In this document: positions 36,801-50,200 of the stretch, piece by piece
Position numbering within the stretch: the first letter of the stretch is position 1
Layout: every line of letters starts with the position of its first letter
Translations under genes and position numbers: made by a program
Assembly (NCBI RefSeq): GCF_001194135.2
Contig: NC_068986.1
Span: forward strand, 44,430,213-44,494,212
Direction: 5' to 3'
DNA: 64,000 bases
From: Octopus bimaculoides
Taxonomy: Eukaryota
Notes under the pieces: model-generated
What the model was told of the DNA's origin: nothing
What the model saw: only the letters and a program-made list of their open reading frames with translations
Databases searched by the model: none

Positions 36801-39800
36801 GGAAAGATAGGGACATTAGGTATCTGGATCAGTGATGGTCTGTAGCATACTAGTTCAAAAGTGCATAATCTATTATTATAGCAAGTGTAGGAGAAGTAGA
36901 GGAAAGAAATAGCACATCTATGAGTAGTTTTAGCATATTGGTAAATGAGTTTTACTAATCTGCCAAATGGCTAGTGTTTTTTTTTTTGCTCAAATGTGTG
37001 TAGCAACAGTTAGACACTGAAGATTGGTTGCAGAGAACTGGTAAATCTGTGACCAGTTCTATGTATCAAAGGTTTTGGGCTGTTAGGAAGTAAATAATGT
37101 AAAGTTGACTGTTAAACCAGACAATTTGATAAGGATACAAACTCGTGAGTTGTGGCTAACCAGTGTACTCATTGATCCAGTGAGTAGCCCAGCTAGACAT
37201 CAATGACTTCAGATGGGCATCTTGAAATCTTATACTTACTAGGAAAGGGACCAAATCCTGAACTGAAGAGAAAAACCCTTTAGATTTTGTGCTAACTTAT
37301 AAAGCTGTCTCTCAAGGCAAGGGGTCATTGGAGCAGTGTTTATAAAAAGACAATGTTATTCTTAAACTGCCTATTCTTAATATTGTAACAATGGAAACTC
37401 TAAGGCTCCCAAAAGTCATAAAGTGGTTTTAAATCATGTTATGTATCAACTAATCATGTTATGTATCAACTATTCCGTTTAACAAAAAAAAAAAAAGAAA
37501 AGAAAAGAAAGGTTATGGTGTTTTATTGAGGTACCAACCCTAATGAACTTATTGTATAAATATAGAATTGCATCTGTTCTCTGCTGGTCATTTACATTTC
37601 ACACTGATTAAGTTCTTAGATGGATCCCTTTACTACAACGATAGATGGCACCTATGCAAACACTTCACAATGACCCTTATAGAAGTCAGTTGACTGGTCA
37701 CTGCTATCTATGGCAAAACATTCTTCCTCTTACAATGCTTGTAGAAAAATCGCCCACTCTTACAACTGGGCAGCTCTTATCTAGCACTGTAACTGGTGTA
37801 AGACTATCATCAAATTTCTAAAGTTTTATTTCTTTAACATTTATCTTATTACAGAAAACGGCCGGTTGCTAAAAGAGAATTTAAGTTTACTTCCCCTACC
37901 AAGAAAACATCTCTGGATAAGGTTTGTGAAATATTCTATATTTTTTATTAGTTATTTCAACCGTGACAACCTATCATCATCATCATCATCATCTTTTATG
38001 TCCATTTGTGTATGTTGCCATGAGTTAAATCTTATTTGGAATTACTACTCTTCTAGATGAGTTTGAGATCATGTTTGACTCCCACATCACATTTTTGACA
38101 TGGTTTCTACAACTGGCTACCCTCCCTGTTGCTAATCATTTTTACATAGTATATCGAGTGCATTTTATTATCATAACATTCCACTTAGTCTGTCTTGTGT
38201 CCAACAAAGTCAGAGATCTCTGTATCTATGTCATCTCTGTTCATTCATTTCCTGGCACCAAACAGGTTATCTTACTTTTGGCAATCTGAAAAGACAGAGA
38301 ATCCTCTCTTTTCTCTGTTGTCTGCATTCATTCTTTCCTTTTTTGCCTTCCCTCACTATAGGGCAGGAAGGGAGCCAGAGCAAGGGGCTGCTAGAAGAGA
38401 GAGAGAGAGAGAGAGAGTGTGTGTGAGAGAGAGAGATATGCTGTGAAGCTTGTTGTAAGGAGATAGAATAAAAACAACATAGTTGAGTGAGTGATGGAAG
38501 AAGACCAGAACAAAAGTGAGATTGGAGAGAGAGAAATAGAGAAAAGCATGGAAATAGGAGGGAGAGGGTGATAAAAGAGAGAGTAACTAAGAAGTGAGTG
38601 AGAGTGATAAATAACAAAGTGATGGTTGTTGGTAAACAGATTGAATAGCAACAGCACGAGTGGCTGTGTAGTTGAGAAGTTCATTTTGCAACCCAATCAC
38701 ATGACTTCCGATTCTGTCGTGCTGCATGGTACCTTAGGCAAGTGTCTGCTGCTATAGCTCTGGACCAACCAAAGCATAGTGAGTGCATGGAAAGAAGACT
38801 GTTGTATGTAAACACACACACATACACACTCAAGCACATACACATATATGTAGGTACAAGCATGGCTGTGTGGTAATAAGTTTGCTTCCCAACCAAATGG
38901 TTCCAGGTTCAGTCCCACTGTGTGGCACCTTGGGCAAGTGTCTTCTGCTAGGGCCTTGGGCCAACCAAAGCCTTGTGAGTGGATTTGGTAGAGGGAAATT
39001 GAAAGAAGTCTTTCATATGTGTTTGTGTGTCTGTGTTTGTCCCCCACCATTGTTTGACAACTGGTGTTGGTTGTTTATATCCCCGTAACTTAGCAGTTCA
39101 GCAAAAGGGGCCGGTAGAATAAGTACCAGGATAATATATATATATACACATTTATAAGTACTGGGGTTGATTCATTCGACTAAGAATTCTTCAAGGTGGT
39201 GCCCTGGCATGACCGCATGATACAAGTAAAAGATATAGAGATGTGTTGTGTGTGTTTGTGTCTTTTTGTCCTGAAATTGCACAAAAATTGTCAACGAATG
39301 TCACCATCATCATCATCATCATCATCATCATCGTTTAACGTCCGCTTTCCATGCTAGCATGGGTTGGACGATTTGACTGAGGACTGGTGAAACCGGATGG
39401 CAACACCAGGCTCCAGTCTGATTTGGCAGAGTTTCTACAGCTGGATGCCCTTCCTAACGCCAACCACTCAGAGAGTGTAGTGGGTGCTTTTACGTGTCAC
39501 CCGCACGAAAACGGCCACGCTCGAAATGGTGTCTTTTATGTGCCNNNNNNNNNNNNNNNNNNNNNNNNNNNNNNNNNNNNNNNNNNNNNNNNNNNNNNNN
39601 NNNNNNNNNNNNNNNNNNNNNNNNNNNNNNNNNNNNNNNNNNNNNNNNNNNNNNNNNNNNNNNNNNNNNNNNNNNNNNNNNNNNNNNNNNNNNNNNNNNN
39701 NNNNNNNNNNNNNNNNNNNNNNNNNNNNNNNNNNNNNNNNNNNNNNNNNNNNNNNNNNNNNNNNNNNNNNNNNNNNNNNNNNNNNNNNNNNNNNNNNNNN

Positions 39801-42800
39801 NNNNNNNNNNNNNNNNNNNNNNNNNNNNNNNNNNNNNNNNNNNNNNNNNNNNNNNNNNNNNNNNNNNNNNNNNNNNNNNNNNNNNNNNNNNNNNNNNNNN
39901 NNNNNNNNNNNNNNNNNNNNNNNNNNNNNNNNNNNNNNNNNNNNNNNNNNNNNNCGTCTCTCTTGCACGCCACAACTGATGCTTCTAATGTTCAGCTTTT
40001 CTCTCAAGATACTTACACTCTGACGGGTATTCACATTGACATTACACATCCAACGGAGCATACTGGCTTCATTCCTTGCGAACTTACGTATGTCCTCAGC
40101 AGTTACAGCCCATGTTTCACTGCCATGTAGCATGGTTGTTCGTACGCATGCGTCATACAGTCTGCCTTTTACTCTGAGTGAGAGTCCCTTTGTCGCCAGC
40201 AGGGGTAAGAGCTCTCTAAACTTTGCCCAGGCTATTCTTATTCTAGCAGCTCATACAAGTGGTGTAATTTCTTTGCACTCTTCTATGGAAACATGTGGCC
40301 CTTGTGCTGCTTGTGTCTGTAGAGGTACATGATCCTTACAAGCATAGAAAAATAGGCATTAAAATGATAATAATGATGCATATGTGTGAATGGTTGTGTG
40401 TGTGTACAAATTTGTGTTTATTTATATATTTCATGCTTCTCACCATTTGATTGAAGTGGCGCTGTTGACATTCTTTGTTGAAATTTTGAGTAGTTGCTGT
40501 GTGCTTTTGAAAACATATAGAATCTTTTGAAAAATAGGTAAGGGTTGGTGACAAGGAGAGGATCAGGCCTAAAATCTTGCCTTAAATACAACTCCATTTT
40601 AACCCTTGCTTACAAAGAAAAATAATAAATAAATAAAAACAAAAAAAACAACAACAAAAAACAGGTGTTAAATGAACAAAGATACACCTTATCTTTGTAT
40701 TCAATGCACCTCATATATAATTTTTAGTTTATATTTTCATCTCTCTTCATTTTTACTTTTTCAGAGAAAAACACAAGATGATCCAAAAGCAGAGAACTCT
40801 GCACAGAAATCTAATGAGAATGTTTTTGACTTACCACCTCCAATTTGGGCTTCTAGCCCAAGAGATACGCCTTACGGTAAAGGTAAATATTTTATTTTGA
40901 TATGTTGCTCTTTTTTTTCTTGGAATTTTTTTTTTTTTTTGCATGTGAAATCAAAGAAATTTAAACTCGCCATCTCCAGTCTAAATATGCTTCCTGTTTT
41001 AGGTTCTAACTAGCTAGATCCAGCCTATCACACCTACCTTTCAATGCCATTCTAAAAATATACAATCACATAATCAAAACTTCAAAGCTATGAGATAATG
41101 CATGATTAATTAAAAAATATTTGAATGAAAAAACATTACATTTGATAGAATAATATGAATGCTAAAGGGTTAATTGTTGATTATTGCTAAGCCCCAGTCA
41201 GTCTTGCTTGAACAGACCTATTATTAAAGGTGTTCCAACTATAACTCTCTTAACTACAATAACCAATCTAGTCTTTTTTTCCTTTTTATGAGGGTAGTGT
41301 TTGATACAAGGGTCTACAGTTGCTGTCTCTCGCAGGTTGTGTGATTACATAGATACTGATTTCTTGGTTCATGATTTGATTATATTGCCATGCAGGCACC
41401 AGTGTGCATACATGTGTTCATGCATGTGTTTCTGAAGATATGAAATGCTACTGTTAAGATACTTGTATCAAGAAAATAATTTATCATTCTATTCTAAAGA
41501 TATGCCCACAAACATGCAATAAACATACATTGCATTGTAATTCATTAAAGAGCCTCTCTGGAGTGGTTAACCTGTTAGAAAGACCAGCCAAATCTTCAAA
41601 TCTATCATTCTATTGTTAACTAGCTTCTCTTCTATAGAAAGGCACACAGATATGCTGTATATTTATGCACATTACATCCTTTGGAGTAAATAAGAGCATT
41701 TCTCTGTGGTTGCTTTGTGTACCTGAAATAACAGCCAAATTTCCTTCATATCATACCCTTCAGTCTTAAATAAGGAATGATTCTATTAGATAATGTAGTT
41801 CTAGATACATCTAAAAAAATATGAAAGTTATGGGTGGATACCTCAGGTCTGTTTGGGCTGACCTAAAATTACGCCATATTTTATTTTGCTTTTTTCCATC
41901 ATCATAATTATCATCATTTAATGTCCACTGTTTCATGTCACCAAACTTCACCTGTCTCCAAGCAAGGTAATATTCTCCCATGGCCAGACATGTTTTTCAT
42001 TGAAGACTGGAAATGAACACCCTCTTTTGTATGATGGTGATGCTCATTTACAACCTTGATGTGATATCAGAACAAGGGTGTTCACACATACACATGACAA
42101 GCTTTTTTCAGTTTCCACGTACCAAATCCACTTGCAAGACTGATTGGCTTGGAGCTATTGTAAAAGACGTAGTGGGACTGAAACCAAGTCCATTTGTTAG
42201 GAAGCAAGCTTCTTAACCTATGGTTCAACTTTTAAGATTAATATATAATTCTTGTTGGAATCTCAATTAAAATAGAAAAATTATTCTTGTAAATATTAGT
42301 AGAGTTCATTATTATCATGGGTGACAGAATTGGTAAAATGGTGGACAAAATTTCTTGAGGTATTTAGTGACTCTTCTTTACATTTTGCAATTGACTTTAG
42401 CCTCTTTTTCTTTCTTCTGAAGTTGATAATATGTACCAGTTAAGTACTAGGGAAGTCTGAATAATAATAATGATGATGATGATGATGATAATAATAATAA
42501 TAATAATAATAATTTGATGTTTACTGAATGGTAGAGATGTGGACCCCACAAACTACAGTGCAAGAAGCACATCTAGGAGAGCAGTAATTCTGTATTAAAA
42601 AGAAATAAAACAAAACAAAAGCAGTTAGAAGGAACTTTCTAATCCTGCCTCAGCTAACCTATCCAATGCTGGTGGCATGATAAAATGTGCCCAGACTTTG
42701 TTGAGATCGTCTAAGACCCATCCAACTCAAGTCAGCATGGATAAAAAAATGACAGTTATGTTCAAATCTTCAGGGTTGTTTTTGTCTTTGTTAGATATGG

Positions 42801-45800
42801 TCTTCCATATATTTATGTTAGAAAAAAAGAAAAATCATTTCTACAATCTTGCAAGTTATCCTGTACTGCTTGTAGACTTGTCAATTGTTTTAATCAATTT
42901 AATATGAAACATTTTAGTATATTAAATTATTTGAAAATGTTTTACAAATATTTAAAAATACTATTTTTGATTTTAAACTATTTACTTCTTTATTTTTCAC
43001 ATGCTTATTTTAAATTTTATTTTTATTTTTAAGATAAATCAAAAGCGCAGAAAAAATACCTGGAGATTTCTTGTATTGAGCCTGTGTCAGTAAGAACAGC
43101 AAAGAATTTAAAACGCATTGAAGAATCGCATTTTGCACCAATAGCTACACCAAAGCAAAACATTACCAAAAGCAATGCAAAAATAAAAGTACCATTGCTG
43201 ACAAAATGGAAACAAAATAAAACCACCTCTGTTGCTAGCATTCGTCGTTTACAGAATTCTGGGAAGGAAGTTATCAAAAAGAAAAATAGATCTAAGAATA
43301 GAGTTGTAAAGTCGTATCAAGAGACTAACATCAGTCATCACAGCAATAAATCACTCCATAAAGAGAATAATTCAAAGCAATTGTCTAAAAAAGAGAAATC
43401 AAATGTCTGGGATCAGATAATCAGAGCTTCAAAAAGTCAGCAGGCAAAGATTCAGTCAACAAGTTCTAGAAATACTCGCAGTTCCCCTTCAGTTCTTTCT
43501 GAACCTTCAAGAAGAAAGAGTAAATCTTTAATCCAAACTGAACCTAATACTGATTTACCTGTTTCTGATCAGGATACCAATAAAAAACAAACTTCAGTAC
43601 GAGATACTGTAAGTGAGAGAGGCAGTATTAAAAGAAAATTACAAAAATTGAAAAGTTCTGAAGATTACTTATCTAATCCTCCCAAATCCAGAAAACAATC
43701 TATAGAAGCTGCATGTTCTTCCCAATCTTCTAATAATTACTCTGGAAGCACTAACAAAACAAAATCCAGTAAAGCTAATAGCAAAAGACAGAAAAGTGAT
43801 ATTACTCCATCTCGTAATAATTCGGGTGCTAAACCCAAACAACAATCTGGTTCGAGACTTGGTCAAAGAAGTCATAGCCTACCAAAAGATGATTTGTCTT
43901 CACCAAATGTTACCCGTACTAAACAATCTCCAAGTAAAAAGAAAAGTTTATCTAAAGGCTCTGAACACTCAACTAATCAGAAGAAAGCTAATGTTTCTAA
44001 AGCACAAAATGTTTCTAAACCAAACTCTTTTCATGAAAATCCAAAGTCTTCTAACCATAATATCAAAGGCAGTAAATCAAGTCAGCTTAGCAAATTTTCT
44101 GTTAGTCATGCTTCAAGAGAGTCTGTAAGTAAAAACTCAAAGAAAAATTTATTACGCAGATCATCCCTTACAGTATTTAATTTGAGTAGTGACGAAGAAG
44201 TGGAGAAGATAGTCAAGGGAAAAAACGTTTCTAATATCCCCAAAAAGAAGCCTACGGGAAGATCTGCAGAAAGCTCTGCATCTGGCAAGAAAAAAACTTA
44301 TTCTAAAAATAAGATTTCTTCCAGTTCCCTGCAGAAATCTAATCAATCAAAAGATCATTCCAGTAGTAAACTGAATGCTGAGAAATATGCTAATATTTTG
44401 TCGTATCTCAGTACTCAAAATAAACAGCAGATATCAAATAGGACTGATAAAACATTTGAATCTATTGCTACTGGTATCACACATGAACTACATGAACAAA
44501 TGGTTAGTAACATATTCACTTATTGTTATCTACTCTGTCTCTTTTAGTATTTTTCTATCTGTTCTATTTAGTTATATTTTTTACTAGCTGTTGTATAAGG
44601 AAAACCTTGTTTTATAGTTAAGAAAAAATAAAGTCTATACAAAGCATATAGTATATATTTAAGGGAACATAAAATTTATACAGAACATATAGTATATAGT
44701 TAAGAGAACATAAGATTTATATGAAGTGTATAGTATATAGTTAAGAGAACATAAGGTTTATATGAAGCACATAGTATATACTGTATATACTCATGTAAAA
44801 GTTGAATTTTTTAGACTATTTTTTAAGGTCAAATTTATGGGGTTTACTATTACATGGATACTACTTTTGAGGGGCTGAAATTCAAGCTAGAATCCAAGGT
44901 ACTATATCAGCAGCAGAAGCCCAACTGACCTCTAAGTGAATAAAAACAAAAACATAATGAATTACAGTAATATTACCAATTCTATGCATCAAAACACATG
45001 TCCTAGTAAAATATAAAGTTTTAGCGATTAATTGAATGTTTTTAGGGTTACCAAAGTCATGCTTTTGTATGAATTGAGACAGTGGCATTTGCCAGTGTTT
45101 GCCAATAGTGCTGTCTGTGAAATACATTTCTCACCATGTAAACGAGTGTATGATGCATGTGTTTATTGTGCTTGAAGATGTATGCAGGCTTGCAGCATAT
45201 CCTGTGCATACATTTTAGTATTGATGATGTAGCACCCATCAACAGATGTGTAGTACTCACTATTAAATGGTGTTTTACTATTAGCACCAATCATTCCACC
45301 TATAGAGCAGGCTACAGTAAAGTAGCCACACAATTTTGTAACAATGTTATTTCTATGTACAGGATAATACGGTACCTTGACCCACAAATGTTGTCCTGTT
45401 GTTTGTGAAATACTATGGTCGACTTTTATACAGGGTCTATGAAAAATTCTCAGTTTTTTCGGCAAAAATAGGGGGTTGACTTTTACATGAGATCGACTAT
45501 TACTCAAATATATATGATAGTTAAGAGAACATAATGTTTGTATGAAGCATATAGTGTATAGTTAAGAGAATATAAGGTTTATACCTTTAGAAGCCATCTA
45601 CTCTACACTAAGATATTCAACACTTATTCTGTGACTTATGACTGCCATCTCTAATGTTGGCACAAGGCCAGCAAGTTTGGGGGAGGGTGCTAGTCAATCA
45701 CATCATCCCCCAGTGATCAACTAGTATTTATTTTATCAACCCCGAAAGGATGAAAAGCGAAGTTGACCCCAGTGGAATTTGAACTCAGAACATAAAGACA

Positions 45801-47190
45801 GATGAAATGCTGCTAAGCATTTTGCTCAGTGTGCAAATGATTCTGCCAGTTTGCTGTCTTCTGCCATCTCTAATGTTAAAAGAAGAATGTGTCATTAGTC
45901 ATGAGCTTTGCCATAAATCATCATCATTATCATTTCATGTCCATATCCTGCCGTAGAAAACCATGCCAAATCAGACTGGAGTGTGGTGTGAGCCTTCCAG
46001 TGTGCCAGCCTGGTCAAACTGTCCAACCTATGCCAGCTTGGACAACGGATGTTAAATGATGATGATGATGATGTTCTATGCTGGCATGGATGGACAGTTT
46101 CACAGTATCCCATGGGTCCAAGGACTGCATCATGATCCAGTATTTGTTTTGACATGATTGCTATAAATGGATGCATTTGCTTATGCCAACCACTTTACAG
46201 TGGGTACTGACTGCTTTTCTTGTTTCATTGGCACTAGTAAGGTCATCATGCAGCTTGTAAGACTATGACACCTGAGGAATAGGGTTTTATGCTAGAGTTA
46301 GGGTTAAGGTATGAGAGAAGTGGGTAGAACAGAGCAGGTTCTTGTAGAGGAGCTACATGGCTACTCACATTTAGGTGAGAATGAATCAGTACTGGCTACA
46401 AAAATTGGTAATGGTGATGAGGTGTCCAGGTGGTATCTCAAGGAATGAAGTGTTGGTTACAAATTTGGAACAAAACCAGCAATTTAGAGGAAGTAGGGAA
46501 GTCGATTACATCAACCCCTCATGCTCAACTGGTACTTCTTTAATTGACCCCAAAAGAATGAAAGGCAAAGTTCACCTTGGTGAAATTTGAACTCAGAACA
46601 TAAATACAGATAAAACTCTGCTAAGCATTTTGCCTGGCTCTTAGAAATAGCAACCAGATTCCTTCAAATCACTTTTCTGTTTTAAAAAAAGAAGGTAACA
46701 TTGGGCAGTGTAATCCTAATATACAAAAATGACAGGGATTGTTAGAATTGGAACACTTTTGTTCACAGTTTGGGAAAGGAGGAAAGTCAATTACATTGAT
46801 CCAGTACTCAACTGGTTCTTATTTTTATCAACTCTGAAAGGGTGAAAAGCAAGAGTTGACCTTGGTGAAATTTGAACTGAGAATGTGAAGATGGCCGAAA
46901 TGCTGCGAAGCAGTTTGCCCAGCATGCTAATGACTTTGCCGGCTTGCCATCTTAATAATAATAATAATAATAATAATCCTTTCTGCTATACGCACAAGTG
47001 AGAGAGTTGATTTATATTGATCTCAGTACTCCACTGACTCAATTGGTAAATTATTTTATTGACCCCAGTACACAACTGGCACTCATTTTATCAACCCTGA
47101 AAGGATAAAAGGCAAAGTCAACCTTGGTGAAATTTGAACTCAGAATGTGAAGATGGATGAAATGCTGCTAAGCACTTTGCCCAACATGCA

Positions 47191-47224
<34 letters not shown>

Positions 47225-50200
47225 GTTTCAAATTTTAGCACAAAGCCAGCAATTTTTAGTGGAGTGGGTAAGTTGCTTACCAGCTCAACTAGTACTTATT
47301 CTATTGATCCCAAAAAGATGAAAGGTAAAGTTGACCTCAGTAGAATTTGAACTCAGAATCTAAAGATCCCTAACAAATGCTATTAATCATTTAGTCTGAC
47401 ATGCTAATGAGTTTGCCACGTCACCATCATAATGTTAAATATTAACTCTTTAGCATTTAAACTGGCCATATCCAGCCCAAAATATTCTACCTGTTTTACA
47501 TTCAAACTGACTGGATCCAGCCTCTTACACCTATCCTACAATGCCATGCTAAAAATAAACAATCACATCACTGAAATCTCAAAACTACAAGATAATACAT
47601 GATTAATTTAAAACAACATGAATAAATAAGCATTACACTTGACAAAATAATCTAGATGCTAAAGGGTTAAAGTAAAAAAAATAAATTTTTTAAAAAATTA
47701 CTAAAAGTAGTAATTTTTTTTTTTCAGGATCAGAAAGATGCAGAAAAACAATTTAGTTATGGTATTTCTGAATTATCATCTCTTCACATTAGCCACATTA
47801 CTAGTTGCTCTGAAAATGAGGATGACTCGAAACTGAATGACAGTGACCAAAAACTGAATGAGGCTAATAAGTGTTTGCAGTATATAATGTTTCCTGGGGA
47901 TAGTGATAACAATATCTCTCTTAGTAAGTATTGCTTTAAATTGTCACTTATTTTTCTAATGACTCAATTCATTTTCATCTCATCTTCATCATAATCTTAG
48001 ATCTGCCTTTCATGCTGACCTGGGTTGTTGGCTGGTCAGACAGGATCTGATAAATCTGAAGACCTTGTATTCTATTGTCTCAGTTTTGGCATGAATTCCA
48101 TAGCTAGCACTTTGCAGAATGCAGAATGCACTGGATTCCTCTTTTCCATGTCCCACCACTACTGAAGCTGCCTTGTAGCTGGCAAGACTAAATAGCCTCC
48201 ATGACCAAAACTAAAATGGAGGAGAGAGAGAGAGAGTGAGAGAGAGAGTTGATTTTAGGCAAGATGATGAGAGAGGGTGAAGTACAATGAGAGGAACAGA
48301 TTTATTGTGAAAGCGTGGTAGTGGAGAAAGTAACAGAGTGGATGCTGAAAGAGAGTATGGAAGGGACATGTATGAGACTCACAATTTACTTATGTTGTTC
48401 ATGATGCTGAGAAAAGCAGGTTCTGCTCACTTTCATGTTACTCCTCTGAAATAAACCTACTGATAATCCAGTAAGGGAGCCCTTAACATTGTCACTCAGC
48501 CTGCTAGAAATAAACATCCAAATCTTCATATGACAGCCAATCATCTTAAAAAAAAAAGGAAGGAGGATTCATTGGATAACCTAATTCAAGATATGAATTC
48601 TCATGTTGCTTCAATGAATGATAGTTCAACAAAACCCAGCTGCGCAGTGTTCTTAGTTTATAATCCTGTGGCTGCTTGTATGCAGGTTTGAAGCTGAAGG
48701 GATCCAGTAACATCCTTTATCTGTCCCCATCGCCACTGGACTTATGAAGAAAGTGTGATGGTGTTGATGTCTTGGTTTGCTGAACAACCTACATGATGAA
48801 TAGTATTATAGTAGGCATGGTTTGTGCAGAATCAGTCCCACTCGTCCTTCAAACTTGTATTGGTGCAACAAGATGCAGGAGTTGTATGGAGTTACCTTCT
48901 CTTAGATGACCAGTTAAAGCACTGAAGCACCTCGTGTGCCCTGGGTCATACCTAAGACAAAGTTCAAGATATATTATGCTTGGTAAAGATAAAATAGTCA
49001 AGTTTGAAGCATTTTGAATCATAAGTGTGCTCTGTCATTACTGTTGTTGTTGTTTTTGGCACTCCGTTGCTTACGGCGTCAAGGGTTCCGGTTGATCCGA
49101 TCAATGGAACAGCCTGCTCGTGAAATTAACGTGCAAGTGGCCGAGCTCTCGACAGACACGTGTACCCTTAACGTAGTTCTTGGGGATATTCAGCATGACA
49201 CAGTGTGACAAGGCTGACTCTTTGAATTACAGGCACAACAGAAACAGGAAGTAAGAGTGAGAGAAAGTTGTGGTGAAAGAGTACAGCAGGGTTCGCCACC
49301 ATCCCTTGCTGGAGCCTCGTGGAGCTTAAGGTGTTTTCGCTCAATAAACACTCACAACGCCCGGTCTGGGAATCGAAACCGCGAGTCCGCTGCCCTAACC
49401 ATTGCGCCATTGCGCCTCCACTCTGTCATTACTAGTCTGAAGCTAAACAGCAACAGTTATATATCCAAGGTTCTTTGCTTATGTTAGAAATTAGTAATTC
49501 TTAGTTTCTTTATTTTTGAGTGATTGAGCTGCAGATTCTTCATCGTCATTGTGTAACGTCCACTTTCCATGCTGGCATGGTTTGGACTGTTTGACAGGAG
49601 CTGGCCAGGCAGGGCTTGCATTAGACTTCTGTGTCTGTTTTGGTAGGGTTTTTATGGCTGGATGCCCTTCTTAACACCAACCACCAGAGTGGACTAAGTG
49701 CTTTTTATGTGACACAAGCACAGAGATCAGTTTTGGCAAGGTTTTTACCGCTGGCAGATTGAATAGCATTAATTTATTTAGTATTATTTTGAAAGATATA
49801 GTACACTCTGTAAAGTGGTTGGCATTAGTAAGACAAATGGAGCCTGGGTAGCTCTCCATCTGGCCAACACTTATCAGGCCATCTAACCCATGCCAGCATG
49901 GAGAATGGATGTTAGATGATGATGGTGCCACTGCCGCTGCCATAGCATAACACATTCCTTTGACTCAACAGACCCTGTCAAACTATCCAACTATCCAACT
50001 CATACCAGCATGGAAGCCAGACATTAAAGAATTATGATTCATATATCTTTCACAAAAACTCTCTACTGTTTCAGATAATCCTGTACCAATTAAACTGAAT
50101 GTACTTGGAAATAAAAACTCCATGAAGCGCACTGCCAAAAGTCTGTCAGAACTTGATGTTATATTAGATGTTGTGGATCACTCCATTGAAATGGTGTTGT

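Noticed and set aside
21243-40133. Long ORFs in the track made mostly of X (21.2-22.1, 32.3-33.3, 34.6-35.7 and 39.4-40.1 kb)
   Set aside because: They are read-through of N gaps; only the piggyBac and RTE fragments at the gap edges are meaningful
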